A stretch of 62,912 bases of DNA, filler included, from Octopus bimaculoides (Eukaryota), in NCBI RefSeq assembly GCF_001194135.2. It is 7 parts of 6 records of this genome, joined end to end, with 100 filler letters (N's around TTAATTAATTAA, not from the genome) between each part and the next. Parts side by side here need not be neighbours in the genome. Positions count along the whole stretch, not along the records: positions 29,881 to 53,371 come from NC_068990.1; positions 53,472 to 57,199 come from NC_068982.1; positions 57,300 to 61,251 come from NC_068984.1; positions 61,352 to 62,912 come from NC_068994.1; 3 more parts are not named here. One strand, 5' to 3'. The notes below the pieces were generated by a model. That model was given only the letters and a program-made list of their open reading frames with translations, searched no databases and was not told the DNA's origin. Position numbers and translations under genes: made by a program. Position 1 is the stretch's first letter; each line of letters begins with the position of its first letter. This document shows positions 49,847 through 62,837 of this stretch, piece after piece.

Positions 49847-50494
49847 AGTAGTAGTAGTAGTCGTAGTAGAGTGTTATGTCACCAATTTTTCATGCCCTCC
49901 CATAAAAGTATCAAACCTCAGCGCTTGCCTTAAAACAATAAATAAAACCATTAGCGCCTCTGTATAGTCTGGGACCCACCCTGAAGCTATACGTACGTCC
50001 CCCAGTAGCTTTGAGAATGACATGGACGCCATCACATCACCGTAACATCTCAGCCTTTATATCAAAATTGCTTCCTGTCGTTTAGCCTCGGGTCAACTTT
50101 GATTATCACGTCTATTTTTTTTTTTTTTCAGACAGAGTCTATTTAAGAATACATTATTCAGTGTGTTGTTTTTAAAAGACTGTAAGTCGTAATATGAGGG
50201 AGATTAGTTACTGTTTCGAGCATTTTAAGAAATAACAGTGACTCCCTCACCGCATCCTCGTATCATAGATGGGGTTACAAGATTCTATGCATTACATCTG
50301 AAAAAACTCCAGGTTGTGACTCCTGTTCAATGAAGTTAATACAAGGTCTTGTCCTCTATCAATTTAATAAACTGCATACTAGTTCCAATCAAAGGTTAAT
50401 ATCCACACTTATATAACAAAACCAACATTTTTACCACAACGTGTAGGTTTAATGGTATCTTTCTCCCTCTTGTGTATCAGGTATTTAGTAACTA

Positions 50495-51040
50495 TCACCT
50501 GTTTCTGGATAACGAAGGCACATCCTTCTCAGTAGGATGTAATCTATCTATCGCCGGTTCAGGAGAGGCTACTTTTCCTGTCAATGCTGTTGTTGCCCTC
50601 TCATGTGCGGGATATGTACCCATGCATTGATTTTTGCCGGTATGGTGACCTGCTTCTTCCCAAAGATGTTGCTCTCTCTCTTTTGAGTTTGCATGGAATG
50701 TACTCATTTCTTTCCTTACTGTTCAAGGTGTTGTTTGAGCGATACAACGCGACATTCAAAGGCTGTTTGGACAGACTTTATGCCTCTACCGCTGCTATCA
50801 CTTCGTCTCACATAAATCCTCTCGGTGTCGCTGTTAATGTGGAAGATGCCAGTAGTGGTCAGTACCTTGCTGGCTTTGATGTCCATGCTGAGTAGCTCAC
50901 TGAGTGTCCAGTCCAATATCGCAAATATTGGTACTAGCACCGGTACTGCAAAAGCATTGTGAGATATGATCTTGTTAAATGCAGACAGCTCTGAGTTCCA
51001 TATTTTCCGGAGTAAAATATGTAGATTTGACATTTTGTTA
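50495..51040 (-). mobile_element. RLE-clade (R4/NeSL-like) LINE, RT thumb fragment
   Basis: IWNSELSAFNKIISHNAFAVPVL..W..SELLSMD..L..GIFHINSDTERIYVRR..GRGI matches the EL..NK..N..AVP..W..D.KTRK.LT..FH..SD..RLY..R..GGRGL pattern. Confidence 0.85.
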
Positions 51041-52175
51041 ACAGAACTGCTAAAGGATTCACTACCAGCACAGACAGTATTTTAGAGATAAACTATCTGC
51101 CTGGAATATGCTTGTTATTAGCTTAATTCTGTTTGTAATAATGCGCTTAGCTTTAGTAGTTGTCAGTGATAACTATGTGGAACATGGTGCAGTCAGTCTT
51201 TCAATGGTATTCACTAGAGCAGTTGATAATTTAGCAAGGTGTAATGATTTTCTCATTCATGCGTGAGACATAAAGTCAAACTCCTTGTACTCTAACCATA
51301 TTATTCTGAGATGATGACGATGTTACCCGGCTTCCTTAAGGACAGCTTTGTTGAGAAGGACCTGTTCAGCACGGCTCCAGCATCCTTTCTTTCCTCCTGC
51401 CAGTTCACCAACGTGTGTATGTATGTATGTATGTATGTATGTATGTATGTATGTATGTATTATGTATGTATGTATGTATGTAAATGTAAGTGGATGTACA
51501 AGGCTTCACAAGACTGTGGCGATACGGTGTTCGTTTCACGTTGCTCTGTTCACTCAGCTGCCAACAATGAGTAAATCTGCGAAGGATCGGCGCCCACCCT
51601 CGTACGTCCGAGAGACTGGCTTTATGAGCCTTTGGCTCGGGAAGGACCTGTCATCCTTTTTTTTTAATACATACTCATTCATGTCAGTGCGCGCGCGCGC
51701 GCGTACGAGTGTGTGTATATGAGTGTGTGTGTATACATGAGTGAGTGGACAGACGAAAGAAAGAGGCACTCAACACATTTAGTAGGAGTGACACTATTAT
51801 TTAAAATAGTTTGATTCGGTTCCATGCGACTTAAGTTTCGTAGGTTCATTAAAGGAACCTAAATCGTCGGACTCAATCTCACAAAGTCGGGCTGTCTTAT
51901 AGATCCTGACTTTGGAATATGAAAAAGGTGAAGATAGTGCCGATTATTGTTGGGCCTTAGGAACAGTATCAAAAGTTATTGGAAGGAGCATGAAGGAAAT
52001 GAGACTAGAGTGTCCAGTTGAGCTGTGTCCAGTTGAGATTGTCTCCTTGGCACGGTTAGAATAATGAAGAAATTATCGGATAGTTGAAGAGAATAGTTAA
52101 CATTGCACTTAGGCTGCAGGTAGCTAACCCGCTACTCATCTAGTAGTTTCAACGAAATCTGAGTTAAAAGGATAA

Positions 52176-52267
<92 letters not shown>

Positions 52268-52519
52268 TATGTGTGTTTAGGTCGATATATATATATATAT
52301 ATGCATATATGTAAATAACCTTTTTGGGTAACATTATACAAATATTCTCTAATTATAAGCATAATTATAATCAGGAGTCAGCTAATTGCTTCGCCACGCA
52401 CCAAATTTAGAAATAGCAGTTAAAATACTTTTTCCGCTACCATAAATATATCTCAGACGGTAACACACTTTTTTTACGTAGGCAGAGAAAAAATAACGAA
52501 CCCACACGATTTTGTGTTT

Positions 52520-52848
52520 GTGTGAGTAATTTTGGTGCATGTTTATAATCTCATGACTGACCGTGGGATTGCACCTAGAAGGTTCCCTTTTTAAGGCACA
52601 TGTCCGGGGCATATTGTTTATGGAAGACCAGTGGTCGCCCATGCATACCAGCCTCCCCCCTCTCCACACCACCGATGTTATCCAAGGTAGAGGCAAAAGG
52701 GGCCGATACAACTTGGCATCAGTGACGTTTCAACTCATTTCTACAGAGCAACGTGAAATAAAGTATCTTGCTCAAGAACACAACACACAGCCCGGTCCAA
52801 GAATCGAACTCACTACCTCATGACTGTGAGCCCGATACTCTAATCCAT
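52520..52848 (-). mobile_element. CORE-like SINE with a different 3' tail
   Basis: tRNA head (GTTCGATTCTTGGACCGGGC) plus TGTTCTTGAGCAAGATACTTTATTTCACGTTGCTC; tail differs from 21745-22038. Confidence 0.75.
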
Positions 52849-52959
52849 TGATGTCTGCGACGAAAGAGAAATCAAAGTAGAAGTACAACACCGCCATGCT
52901 CAAGTATCTTCATCGCCAATCACAAACATTGTTTTATCGCCCGAAACAACTCACACACA

Positions 52960-53000
<41 letters not shown>

Positions 53001-53257
53001 ACACACACACACGCACATACACACACACACTGACAGTCACAATTAATTGCACGACAGACGCCTTCAGTCTTTCTTTTTTTCTTTTTTCTTTTCTTTTAGC
53101 TTATATTAATGATTTATATTATATTAATGATTTCCTGAATTTTGGTCAAATTCGGTGAATTTAATTTAGATCAAAGGGCTATTGATCAGAGATGTCGTCT
53201 GCCTCCATTTTCTTATAATTTCTTTCTTCTTTCCTTCCTTCCTCATCCCCACCTTTC

Positions 53258-53328
<71 letters not shown>

Positions 53329-53471
53329 TTTACATAGTTGTGGAGTGAACACAAACACACCTAAAACAGAGNNNNNNNNNNNNNNNNNNNNNNNNNNNNN
53401 NNNNNNNNNNNNNNNTTAATTAATTAANNNNNNNNNNNNNNNNNNNNNNNNNNNNNNNNNNNNNNNNNNNN

Positions 53472-53522
<51 letters not shown>

Positions 53523-53880
53523 TCTATTTTGTCGTGTTTGTTTCTGTCATTGTCCTATTCGTTCTTTAGCTATTCCCAGTGGATTTTCACTACCGGCACC
53601 ACCCAAAGTGAACAATATCAACGTTAAAGGCGCGAAATTGTAATGATCTTTTAGACGTTGACTGATGAGGAATTCGCTACGAATTTTCTGTTTGTTATGC
53701 TTTTGTAAGGTTTTCTGTCTGTTGTTTCGATGTATATATATATATCGCCTTCTCAGTGATAAACGCAGAGCTAGATATTTGCGGTTATACTGGATCTTCT
53801 ATATCTATCAAAAGAAATCAGCGAGAAAAACTTTTTATACACGTACGAAGAGTTGCCAAGTCTTCATGAATATAAATAGT

Positions 53881-53990
53881 GAGAGCGCATGGCCTAGTGC
53901 TTAGGGTGTTGTACTCACGATCGCGAGATCGCGATTTCAATTCATAGACCGGGTGGTGCGTTGTGTTATTGAGCAAAACACTTTATCTTG
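53881..53990 (+). mobile_element. CORE-like SINE, 5' part
   Basis: GCGCATGGCCTAGTG head and TTGAGCAAAACACTTTAT. Confidence 0.7.
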
Positions 53991-54119
53991 TTTGTGGCGT
54001 TGTTAGCAAACTCCTCCTATATCGTTTTATTGATTTTGATGAAATTTGACACGTGAGTAGAACTCATGTCTGGTAACCTCGTGACATACTTAGGTTGTTG
54101 AAAAAAATCGATAATAGGC

Positions 54120-54506
54120 CCCTAGAAGGGATCTTTATATGTACCTCATATAACTAATTTTTTTAAACACCCAAGGAAAATAACCCATAGCATCTGCACT
54201 TACGGTTGTTAGTCTTTAGCGAAGCGATCAATATTTGATTCGCACGATCAGTGGACTTCATTCTGCATTTCACTACTCACAATTTTCAACTGCTAATCTT
54301 GATTATTGTACTTTCTTGATGCATGTACACCTTCAATGCTCATAACTTCGACAATTCTGCATTTTTCCAGTTAAAAATTTTCGATGACAGTACATAAATT
54401 TTTGATTACAGAACGTATTTAATAAGTGTATCCCAATAAAATGAACTCATACTTTGAATGCTTAAAATTCTTAAAAAATTAAACCAAATTCAGTTGGGAC
54501 ACCCTG
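54120..54506. mobile_element. Non-autonomous Tc1/maT-like remnant (one terminus)
   Basis: Ends GGGACACCCTG-TA (reverse complement TA-CAGGGTGTCCC), the same CAGGGTG terminus as 31073; repeated TT(C/G)AATGCT subterminal motifs. Confidence 0.5.
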
Positions 54507-54748
54507 TATGACATATTACAAATCATATTTATTGCTTATTTACAGTTCATACAACATTTTCATGAAACTAATTGAGACATCGAATTTAGAAATATTTTAC
54601 TGGTTTCATTGCTTATGTCCGATTACTTTGAATATTGATTTTTTGTGTATCCAATTTCTAATTTTTGCAGACGATATCACTTTTATATTTTATTTGACAC
54701 GTGAGTAGAACTCACGTCTGGAAACCTCATGACATACTTAGATTGTTG

Positions 54749-54843
<95 letters not shown>

Positions 54844-54844
<1 letters not shown>

Positions 54845-55140
54845 AGTGGAGGCCCAAGACCTTGTGGTTGAGCAGCAGACTCGTGTATTCGAATCTCAGG
54901 CCGGGTCATGTGTGTTTATGAGCGAAACACCTAAGGTTCACGCGGCTCCGGCAAAAGTAATGAAGAACTTCTGCTGACTCTTTCTCCACAACTTTCTCTC
55001 ACTCTTTCCTCGTGCATCGCTCAGCTCACCTGCGACGGACCGGTGTCACGTCCAGGTGGGGAACCTATACGCCAATGAAATCGGGAAACCGGCCCTTATG
55101 AACCAGGCATGGTTTGAGGAGGAACAAAGAACAACAACAA
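54844..55140 (+). mobile_element. SINE family A with an alternative 3' tail ending in (AAC)n
   Basis: Body matches 1-140, then diverges. Confidence 0.75.
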
Positions 55141-57060
55141 TGTATATGTTTGTATGCATGTATGTATGCATGTATGTATGCATGTATGTATGTATGTATG
55201 TATGTGTATATATATGTGTGTGTGTGTGTGTAGTACTAAATTAGGGCTGTCAGCCGCAAAGAAATATGACTTTGGAGCATATGCAGATAGAAAATGATGC
55301 ATCACTTTTCTTTTGGGGTCCCAAGGACATCGAGTCTGGATGATTTGTGAACATTAGAATTGTTCTACATTAATTACCTGTTAATCAACTGATACTGCTT
55401 ACGAGTGAGAAGAATATTTTGTTGGAGTTTTGTTATAAAATAATGTAGCTACTGATGTGGAAGCTCTTACGTTGAAATTGGGTCACACCAAATAATATAT
55501 TTAGTTCTATTTAGATGTTGTATCCCTGCTTTGCCGTCACTATCGTGCCGTGCGTTATTATAATTTATGGAATGCTCCTTGACTAGTGAATCGTTAGACG
55601 ATAGATTAACCGCTGATGAGTTCTACCATACAGAAAAATAACTGTAGTTGTCCCTTGCTGGCAAAAAAAAAATTAAGACAGTCATTTACTATAAGAACGT
55701 AAATTATCCTGAGAAATTAATTCTTAATTTCTAAAAGATATTTTAACCTTTCTTTGAAAATGGCTTACAAATGTCGCTGGACTTTTGTTCGTCTTTCTTG
55801 ATTTCAGACGGATATTTCTATCAACTATTTCTTTTTACGCGCATTACTCTCCAACCTGTATCATCCAAATTCATGCCATTGATCCATTTGAATTATTTCC
55901 CTTAGGAGACTTATCGAGCACTGAATGCTGAAGTCGAAGTGAACCCAGACGGGATTAGAAGTGCAAACGTAGAGGTGAGTAATTAAATAATGCAAGGTGT
56001 TTACTTTACCTGGAGTTTTGTGATGATGACGACGATGATGATGATATTATCTTTAATAAAATCATCAGATCGGAACTTTTTATTAAAACATATGTAGAAA
56101 ATTTGTGGAAATATTTCGATCTAGAAATAGACATAATTTAAAAGGGTAAAGTTGAAGATTGCTATCGTTGACCATACCAAAATATTTTTAATAAACAAAT
56201 CAAATAAACCAAATCAAAGGGGTAAAAAAAAAAATAAAAAAGACCACGTGAGATGACCTTTCTTGAATAGTTTTATTTTCTAAGCTCACTCATCTTACCC
56301 TAAAAAGAGGTTATAGGCTTTCTAATAATCATCGATGGTGTGTTATGGATGTAACTTATGTTGATGTTGTCGAGTCAGTTCTGATGAAAAACGTTCCAAC
56401 CGTAACTTACACATCATTTGTTTAGACGAAATAGTATATCGAGCATTACATTACCCAATGTAGACTTCCGCTTCTAACACGGCGGTGAGGGATCTGAGGA
56501 GGTTTTGACTGATATTTCTAGCAAGTTGAGTGACTGGATTGATGCCCGGTACATATGTTAATAGTGACGACAACGAATTAGGTTCCATATAGGATAATTC
56601 TCTATGATTTCCGACATCTCTATCACAGTAAAGTTTTATTTATTATGGGCATTCTGATTTGTATAATACTTCTAAGTGGGTGTTCAGAATTTCTAGATAT
56701 CTTATTCATGCCTTTACTAAGTAATATCATCTCATCAAAACTTAATGTTATAAAGAATGATGATATCGTTAAACCATAGTAAGAGAAACTCTTCTAACTA
56801 TTTCTATTGTTATGTAAATTGATGATGTCTTTATGTCAACATGATGTCAGGACAAATCTACAGTATCTTAATACACTCAGAGTAGTGATGGAGATTTCAT
56901 TTCTCCATGATGCTAGATAAAGTTTTAAAGAGCTTATTGTATTATGAAGTATATTTAAATTTGAATATATCAAGAAAATAAATCACTTCTTATATAAACA
57001 TCTTCTGACAGAATCATATTCATTGTTTAGCAACCAGTGCGGAAATAGAATTCTCTGTGT

Positions 57061-57115
<55 letters not shown>

Positions 57116-57535
57116 GGTGTGAGTTTGTGTATGCATGTGTATATATATATATGTGTGTGTATATATACATATACACATATATATATTCATATATATATAN
57201 NNNNNNNNNNNNNNNNNNNNNNNNNNNNNNNNNNNNNNNNNNNTTAATTAATTAANNNNNNNNNNNNNNNNNNNNNNNNNNNNNNNNNNNNNNNNNNNNA
57301 GAGAGAGAGAGAGAGAGAGATTTATATGTATATATATTATTACAAAATTTGGGATTTTACCAATAGAACCGCAACTCCTATTTCAGGATAAACTTATTGT
57401 ATGGAATACACATAGCAAGTTACATCTAATAAAACAATATAAGCAGTTGAAATCACCTACTATAAAATACAATAAAATTAGTTGAAAAAATATATAACTT
57501 ACCTGTTATTAGTCTGTGGGGAAAGAATGTATTTC

Positions 57536-57621
57536 TAATCAACGCTACACGTGTTTCTGCACTAGTGGGGTATGTATCAAGGCTACACCTAATACGTAAA
57601 TCAACCGGTGCGTCCTCCGGC

Positions 57622-57625
<4 letters not shown>
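57536..57625 (-). ncRNA. Decayed hammerhead-like motif
   Basis: CGGAGGA (U4 to G) 57619-57613; GCAC/GUGC stem II; GAAAC-ACGU-GUA 57557-57546. Confidence 0.4.
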
Positions 57626-57678
<53 letters not shown>

Positions 57679-57698
57679 CATTATTATTATTATTATTA

Positions 57699-57766
<68 letters not shown>

Positions 57767-57770
57767 TACG
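57622..57770. repeat. (ATT)n microsatellite
   Basis: Direct reading; about 49 units with two ATC interruptions. Confidence 0.95.
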
Positions 57771-58542
57771 GATTAAAGTTTAAAATAATATTAAAAGTCA
57801 TATTAAATAAAAAATGAAAATAAGAATAAAAATATTATAAAATGTATAAATTACAAATATACATTTATAAAATTAAACACTTAAATTACAATACCGATAT
57901 ATATAGAAAATGCTAAACCTAAAGGAATCATCCACGACTAAATTATAAACACATCAAATCCTACAACATATCTAAATAAACATTATGGGAATTAATAATT
58001 TAGTGTAAGATTTATCCCTATCAAAACAAGTATAAAAAAACATGTTTTATGTCAAACGTAAGTTAATAGTGTTTAATAAGATTATCTAGTAAAAAACCTC
58101 TACGTACGTTATAAACATATTGAATAAAACTAGGAACAAAATTTAAAAAGGAAGAATACTTATCGAGATTATGTTTACTCCTTCTCGTTCGAGTGTAAAT
58201 GGCCGCTCCCTCTGTCATGCGCTAAGTATTATGGGAATAACATAAATAAAATAAAACGCTCTGAAAAATTCTCTAAAACTAATAATATTAGAGAGGTTGA
58301 ATTCAAGGGGAGATAATAATTAGAAATATGTTATACTCATAAACCTAGCTGTAACTGAATTTTTTTATGGTGTTTAAGATATAGATATTTATGTTAGATA
58401 AATGTGGCCTGTCTATTCCTTCTAATGTAATCTTGTTTGATAAATTCTGGTATATCCGTATCTAATACTACTATAAATTATATTATAATTTCATTTAACT
58501 ATCTTCCTCATAATTGTGTAAGAGATGAAATACGGGGTGGGG

Positions 58543-59815
58543 TTATAATTTTATATATTTTTCATTTTATTATACGTAAAATTATTCTTATGTCGGCATT
58601 TTATTCCTCTCTCTTCTATACTGTTCAGTAATAACTCTCTCAACTGAAGTATTTTCATAAACTGTTGTGCATAATAAGCACGTTTTATTACCTATTCTAT
58701 ATGACTTCGCTCTACAAGTGATATTCCAATTAAGGGTTATTCTATTTTATTAGATTTCAACTCCCATGTTAAGATGTTCTAACCCAAGTTCAGATAATAG
58801 GCATATTCCTACTACATCTGTTACTTGTGCAGAGTCTGGGGCACCCATTGGTATATAAAAGCAACCCATTGTGTCCTTCCTAGCTCATAGTTTATTTTTA
58901 TATCTAATTAGGGATTTCCTCGCTATTAGTACTACTTTAACTTCATATGGCATCTTAACCTTTCTCATAGTATATACAAGGGCCTCATTAAGAATAATCT
59001 CGTTAATAGAAAAATAATAATTTTCTATATCCCTTTGGATGAACTTGCAACATTTTTTATCTTTAATATTTTTGAACTAATTTAACGTATCTTTTGTACA
59101 ACTCCAGAGTTTAAGGTTATTTAACGTATTAAGTTTATCTCTATATTTATCTAATATAAGTTTACCGAGTTTTCCTATATCGGATTTACATGGGCATATC
59201 AATCTTACTTGCGGGTTAAAATAAAACATGTTTTTATGGTCCTTAATGGTTATTCTTGGATGCATAGGGGCATATGGTTCAATTCTATTTTCCAAATCAT
59301 ATTTCGTTATGATTTTTTAGATGCATTGTCAATCCTATTTAATTGACTTTCACTAACTATTTTATATTTTTTTCCTTATTTCATTTTCTAGAAGGCTATC
59401 ATTTAGCTGTATATCCAGTCTATATAGGTTCCTTGTTTTATCGGATTGGACTAATATTTCCTCCATGTACTTCAATTTATTTATTTTATTAGCTAAGTTT
59501 CTTAGGTGCTCATTATGTCTATTCGGGTATTTTTAAAATTTAATATTCTTAACCATGTTCCATATTTTATCCCCGAAATCCTGTAAGGCTCTATTATTAG
59601 GGAATTCCTGCTTAAATTTAAAGTTATTTTAAAAGTAGTCTTTATCTTCTAAATTGCTGGTATTATAATTTTTGTTATCGAGGAAGTAGGCCTTCCATTT
59701 TATTCTATTTAAAATGTTCTTAATCTGATCTATTAAATTTATAGTGTATTCTCTCTTACTGGGAATAGGTATATCATTCAACGATGAGTTCCAGTCTATT
59801 GGTTCTATCCTACCT
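58543..59815 (-). mobile_element. Penelope-like element (Naiad-like), defective and internally deleted
   Basis: DIPIPSKREY..LI..RIKWKAYF, SDKTRNLY (59442-59434), ITIKDHKN..NPQVRLICPCKSDIGKL, IPMGAPDSAQV..VG..LLS, then directly WELK..W.I..AKSY..GNKTCLLC..LLNS..KCRHKNNF (C-terminal part of the GIY-YIG domain); multiple stops and frameshifts. Confidence 0.88.
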
Positions 59816-59819
59816 AATG

Positions 59820-60430
<611 letters not shown>

Positions 60431-60530
60431 ATATTTGAGGAGATTCGTTATAGATATAAGAATATACAATAAACAAATATTAAAAATGGAGAAAAAATGT
60501 TGAAACAGAAATAGATTTATTATAAAGCTG

Positions 60531-60681
60531 GATTCATTGCATACGTACGTTTCGAAAAACAATGCAAAAATGTAAGGAAAAATTTAAATCATAGTGATTA
60601 TAATTATAATTGAAAATTAAAAATTAAAATTAAGAATAAAAATAAAAATTTATGCATTCTCATTCTCATCAGTGAGGAATC
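60531..60681 (-). ncRNA. Type I hammerhead-ribozyme-like motif in a Penelope terminal region
   Basis: CUGAUGA 60672-60666; G60665 pairs with C60554; GAAAC 60553-60549, loop GUAC, GUA 60544-60542; stem I CA/UG plus GAUUC/GAAUC. Confidence 0.6.
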
Positions 60682-60991
60682 TTTTGAAGGACATCAACAA
60701 AGTTTAATAAGATGAACTAAATTGAGATAGAAATAAAATAAAATTAAAATATAACAAGATACAATAAGAGAACACAGATGGGGCAATAAGAGAGATTGGG
60801 TAATTTACAAACCAAGTTGTGAACGGGAAAAATAATGATATCAACAATAATAATGGTGAGAGGCGAAAATAAAAAATAAAAAATAAAAATATATCAATGT
60901 GTATGCAAGTGTATATGTGCAGTGAAACGATAACATAAGAATCTATCAAATGTGTTTAATAATAATAATAATGATAATAATAATAATAATG

Positions 60992-61028
<37 letters not shown>

Positions 61029-61057
61029 TGATGATGATGATGATAATAATAATAATA

Positions 61058-61251
61058 ATTGATGTATCAATACCAGCAGATGACAACGTTTCCCTAAAAG
61101 AAATGGAAAGACTTTCAAAATACAAAGACCTGGAAATGGAGGTAACTCGAATGTGGAATCTAAAATCAGAAACAATTCCTATCATAGTAGGTGCCTTAGG
61201 TATAATAAAAAAATATTCAAACAAATACATAACAAAAACACCAGGACTTAC
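61058..61251 (+). mobile_element. R4/Dong-like RLE domain fragment following an (AAT)n/(GAT)n tract
   Basis: IDVSIPADDNVSLKEMERLSKYKDLEMEVTRMWNLKSETIPIIVGALG matches the IDVAIP.D.N...KE.EK..KY.DL..E..RMW.....PI+VGALG pattern; runs into a gap. Confidence 0.9.
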
Positions 61252-61351
61252 NNNNNNNNNNNNNNNNNNNNNNNNNNNNNNNNNNNNNNNNNNNNTTAAT
61301 TAATTAANNNNNNNNNNNNNNNNNNNNNNNNNNNNNNNNNNNNNNNNNNNN

Positions 61352-61421
<70 letters not shown>

Positions 61422-62837
61422 ATGTATGCATGTATGTAAATATACATATCTCTGTCTGTCTATATGTATATGCGTATATATGTTATGTACGTACGTATCA
61501 ATATATTTATCTATATAGATAGATATTTAGCACATCGGAATAACTTCAACAACAACGTCAATATCAAAAATATATGACTGGACGTAGCAACGGTAACATC
61601 TGTGAATATGCTAAGTAGCTGGTTACGTGTCAGATTGCTTAATTAGCGGGCCTAATGAGGCTAACTTGATAATTACAGGTTAAGTAGCTCTGAACAATAC
61701 AATTGCTTCCAGCTTCTGCGCTGTCTTTCTCTCCCTTGTTCCCCGTCTTTCATTCAATTGGGTGCATGTTAGGTAGGAAGCTGAGTGCTCTGTCTCTGTG
61801 CATGTGTGTGTGTGTGTGTGTGTAGGTATGTATGTATGTATGTATGTGTGTATGCATTTATGTGTGTATGCATTTATGTATGTATGAACGTAGGTATGTA
61901 TGCATGTAAGTAGGTAGGTAAGTAGGTTGGTCGGTATGGATATATGTATGTTTGTACATAAGAAGGGTTGTATGTATTTATATATATATATATATATATA
62001 CGTGTGTATATATATATATAGATTTGTGTGCGTGTACATGCATATATATNNNNNNNNNNAAAGATGGAACAAAAACGTAGTAGAGGGCATTACAACGTTC
62101 GGACAGATAGACAAGAGATATAAAAGCAGACAAGAGAAACAACGATTAGAAGGACAGGCAAAGTAAGACGGGTCGTTCTTAGCCTTCTTTTTTCAGTCAA
62201 GTACCAGAAGTCAACACCATTTTGGGCAGTTACGCTTGAGATGGTTCGATTTGGTTGCCCCCATATATATATATATTTCAATATAGAAATTTAACCAACC
62301 TTTGATGTTCATCAAAAATTACGACTTGGCGACGCTTTCAGAGAGTAAAAAGAACTTCCCAAAGCTAAAGCACTGCGTTTTAGATTTGATCGGTCTAATT
62401 CGATAGACCGTTCATTGAGAAGCAAGCAATGTCGCGTTGATTACACTCTCTCTCTATAACAGTCCATGTCTGCAGTATACCATCTAGAAGTATAGAAATT
62501 TGTTAATTAGTGGACAAACCAGTATGTTTTAGATATCGCATTATACAATGCTAGCAGTGTTTTAGAGTAATATTACGAATATATGTGAATATAGAGACAA
62601 AAATCACATGATTTTTCCATATTATGTCGACTGTGCGTCAATGCATCTGTGTATTTGTAGGCATATATGTATGTATATATTAGTTGTAGATATTTATAGA
62701 TCTACGATAAGTACCTGTATGTGTATATATGCATAGGTATATGTGTATATATATATAGAGAGAGATAGAGATACCTATACATATATATGTGTATGAATAT
62801 ATAAGTATATAAGTACGCGCATGCATATATCTACATA

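Noticed and set aside
58660-58700. Possible selenocysteine (in-frame TGA) in the Naiad-like endonuclease CxxC
   Set aside because: Codons here are TGC (KTCLLC, KCRH); no in-frame TGA at those positions.
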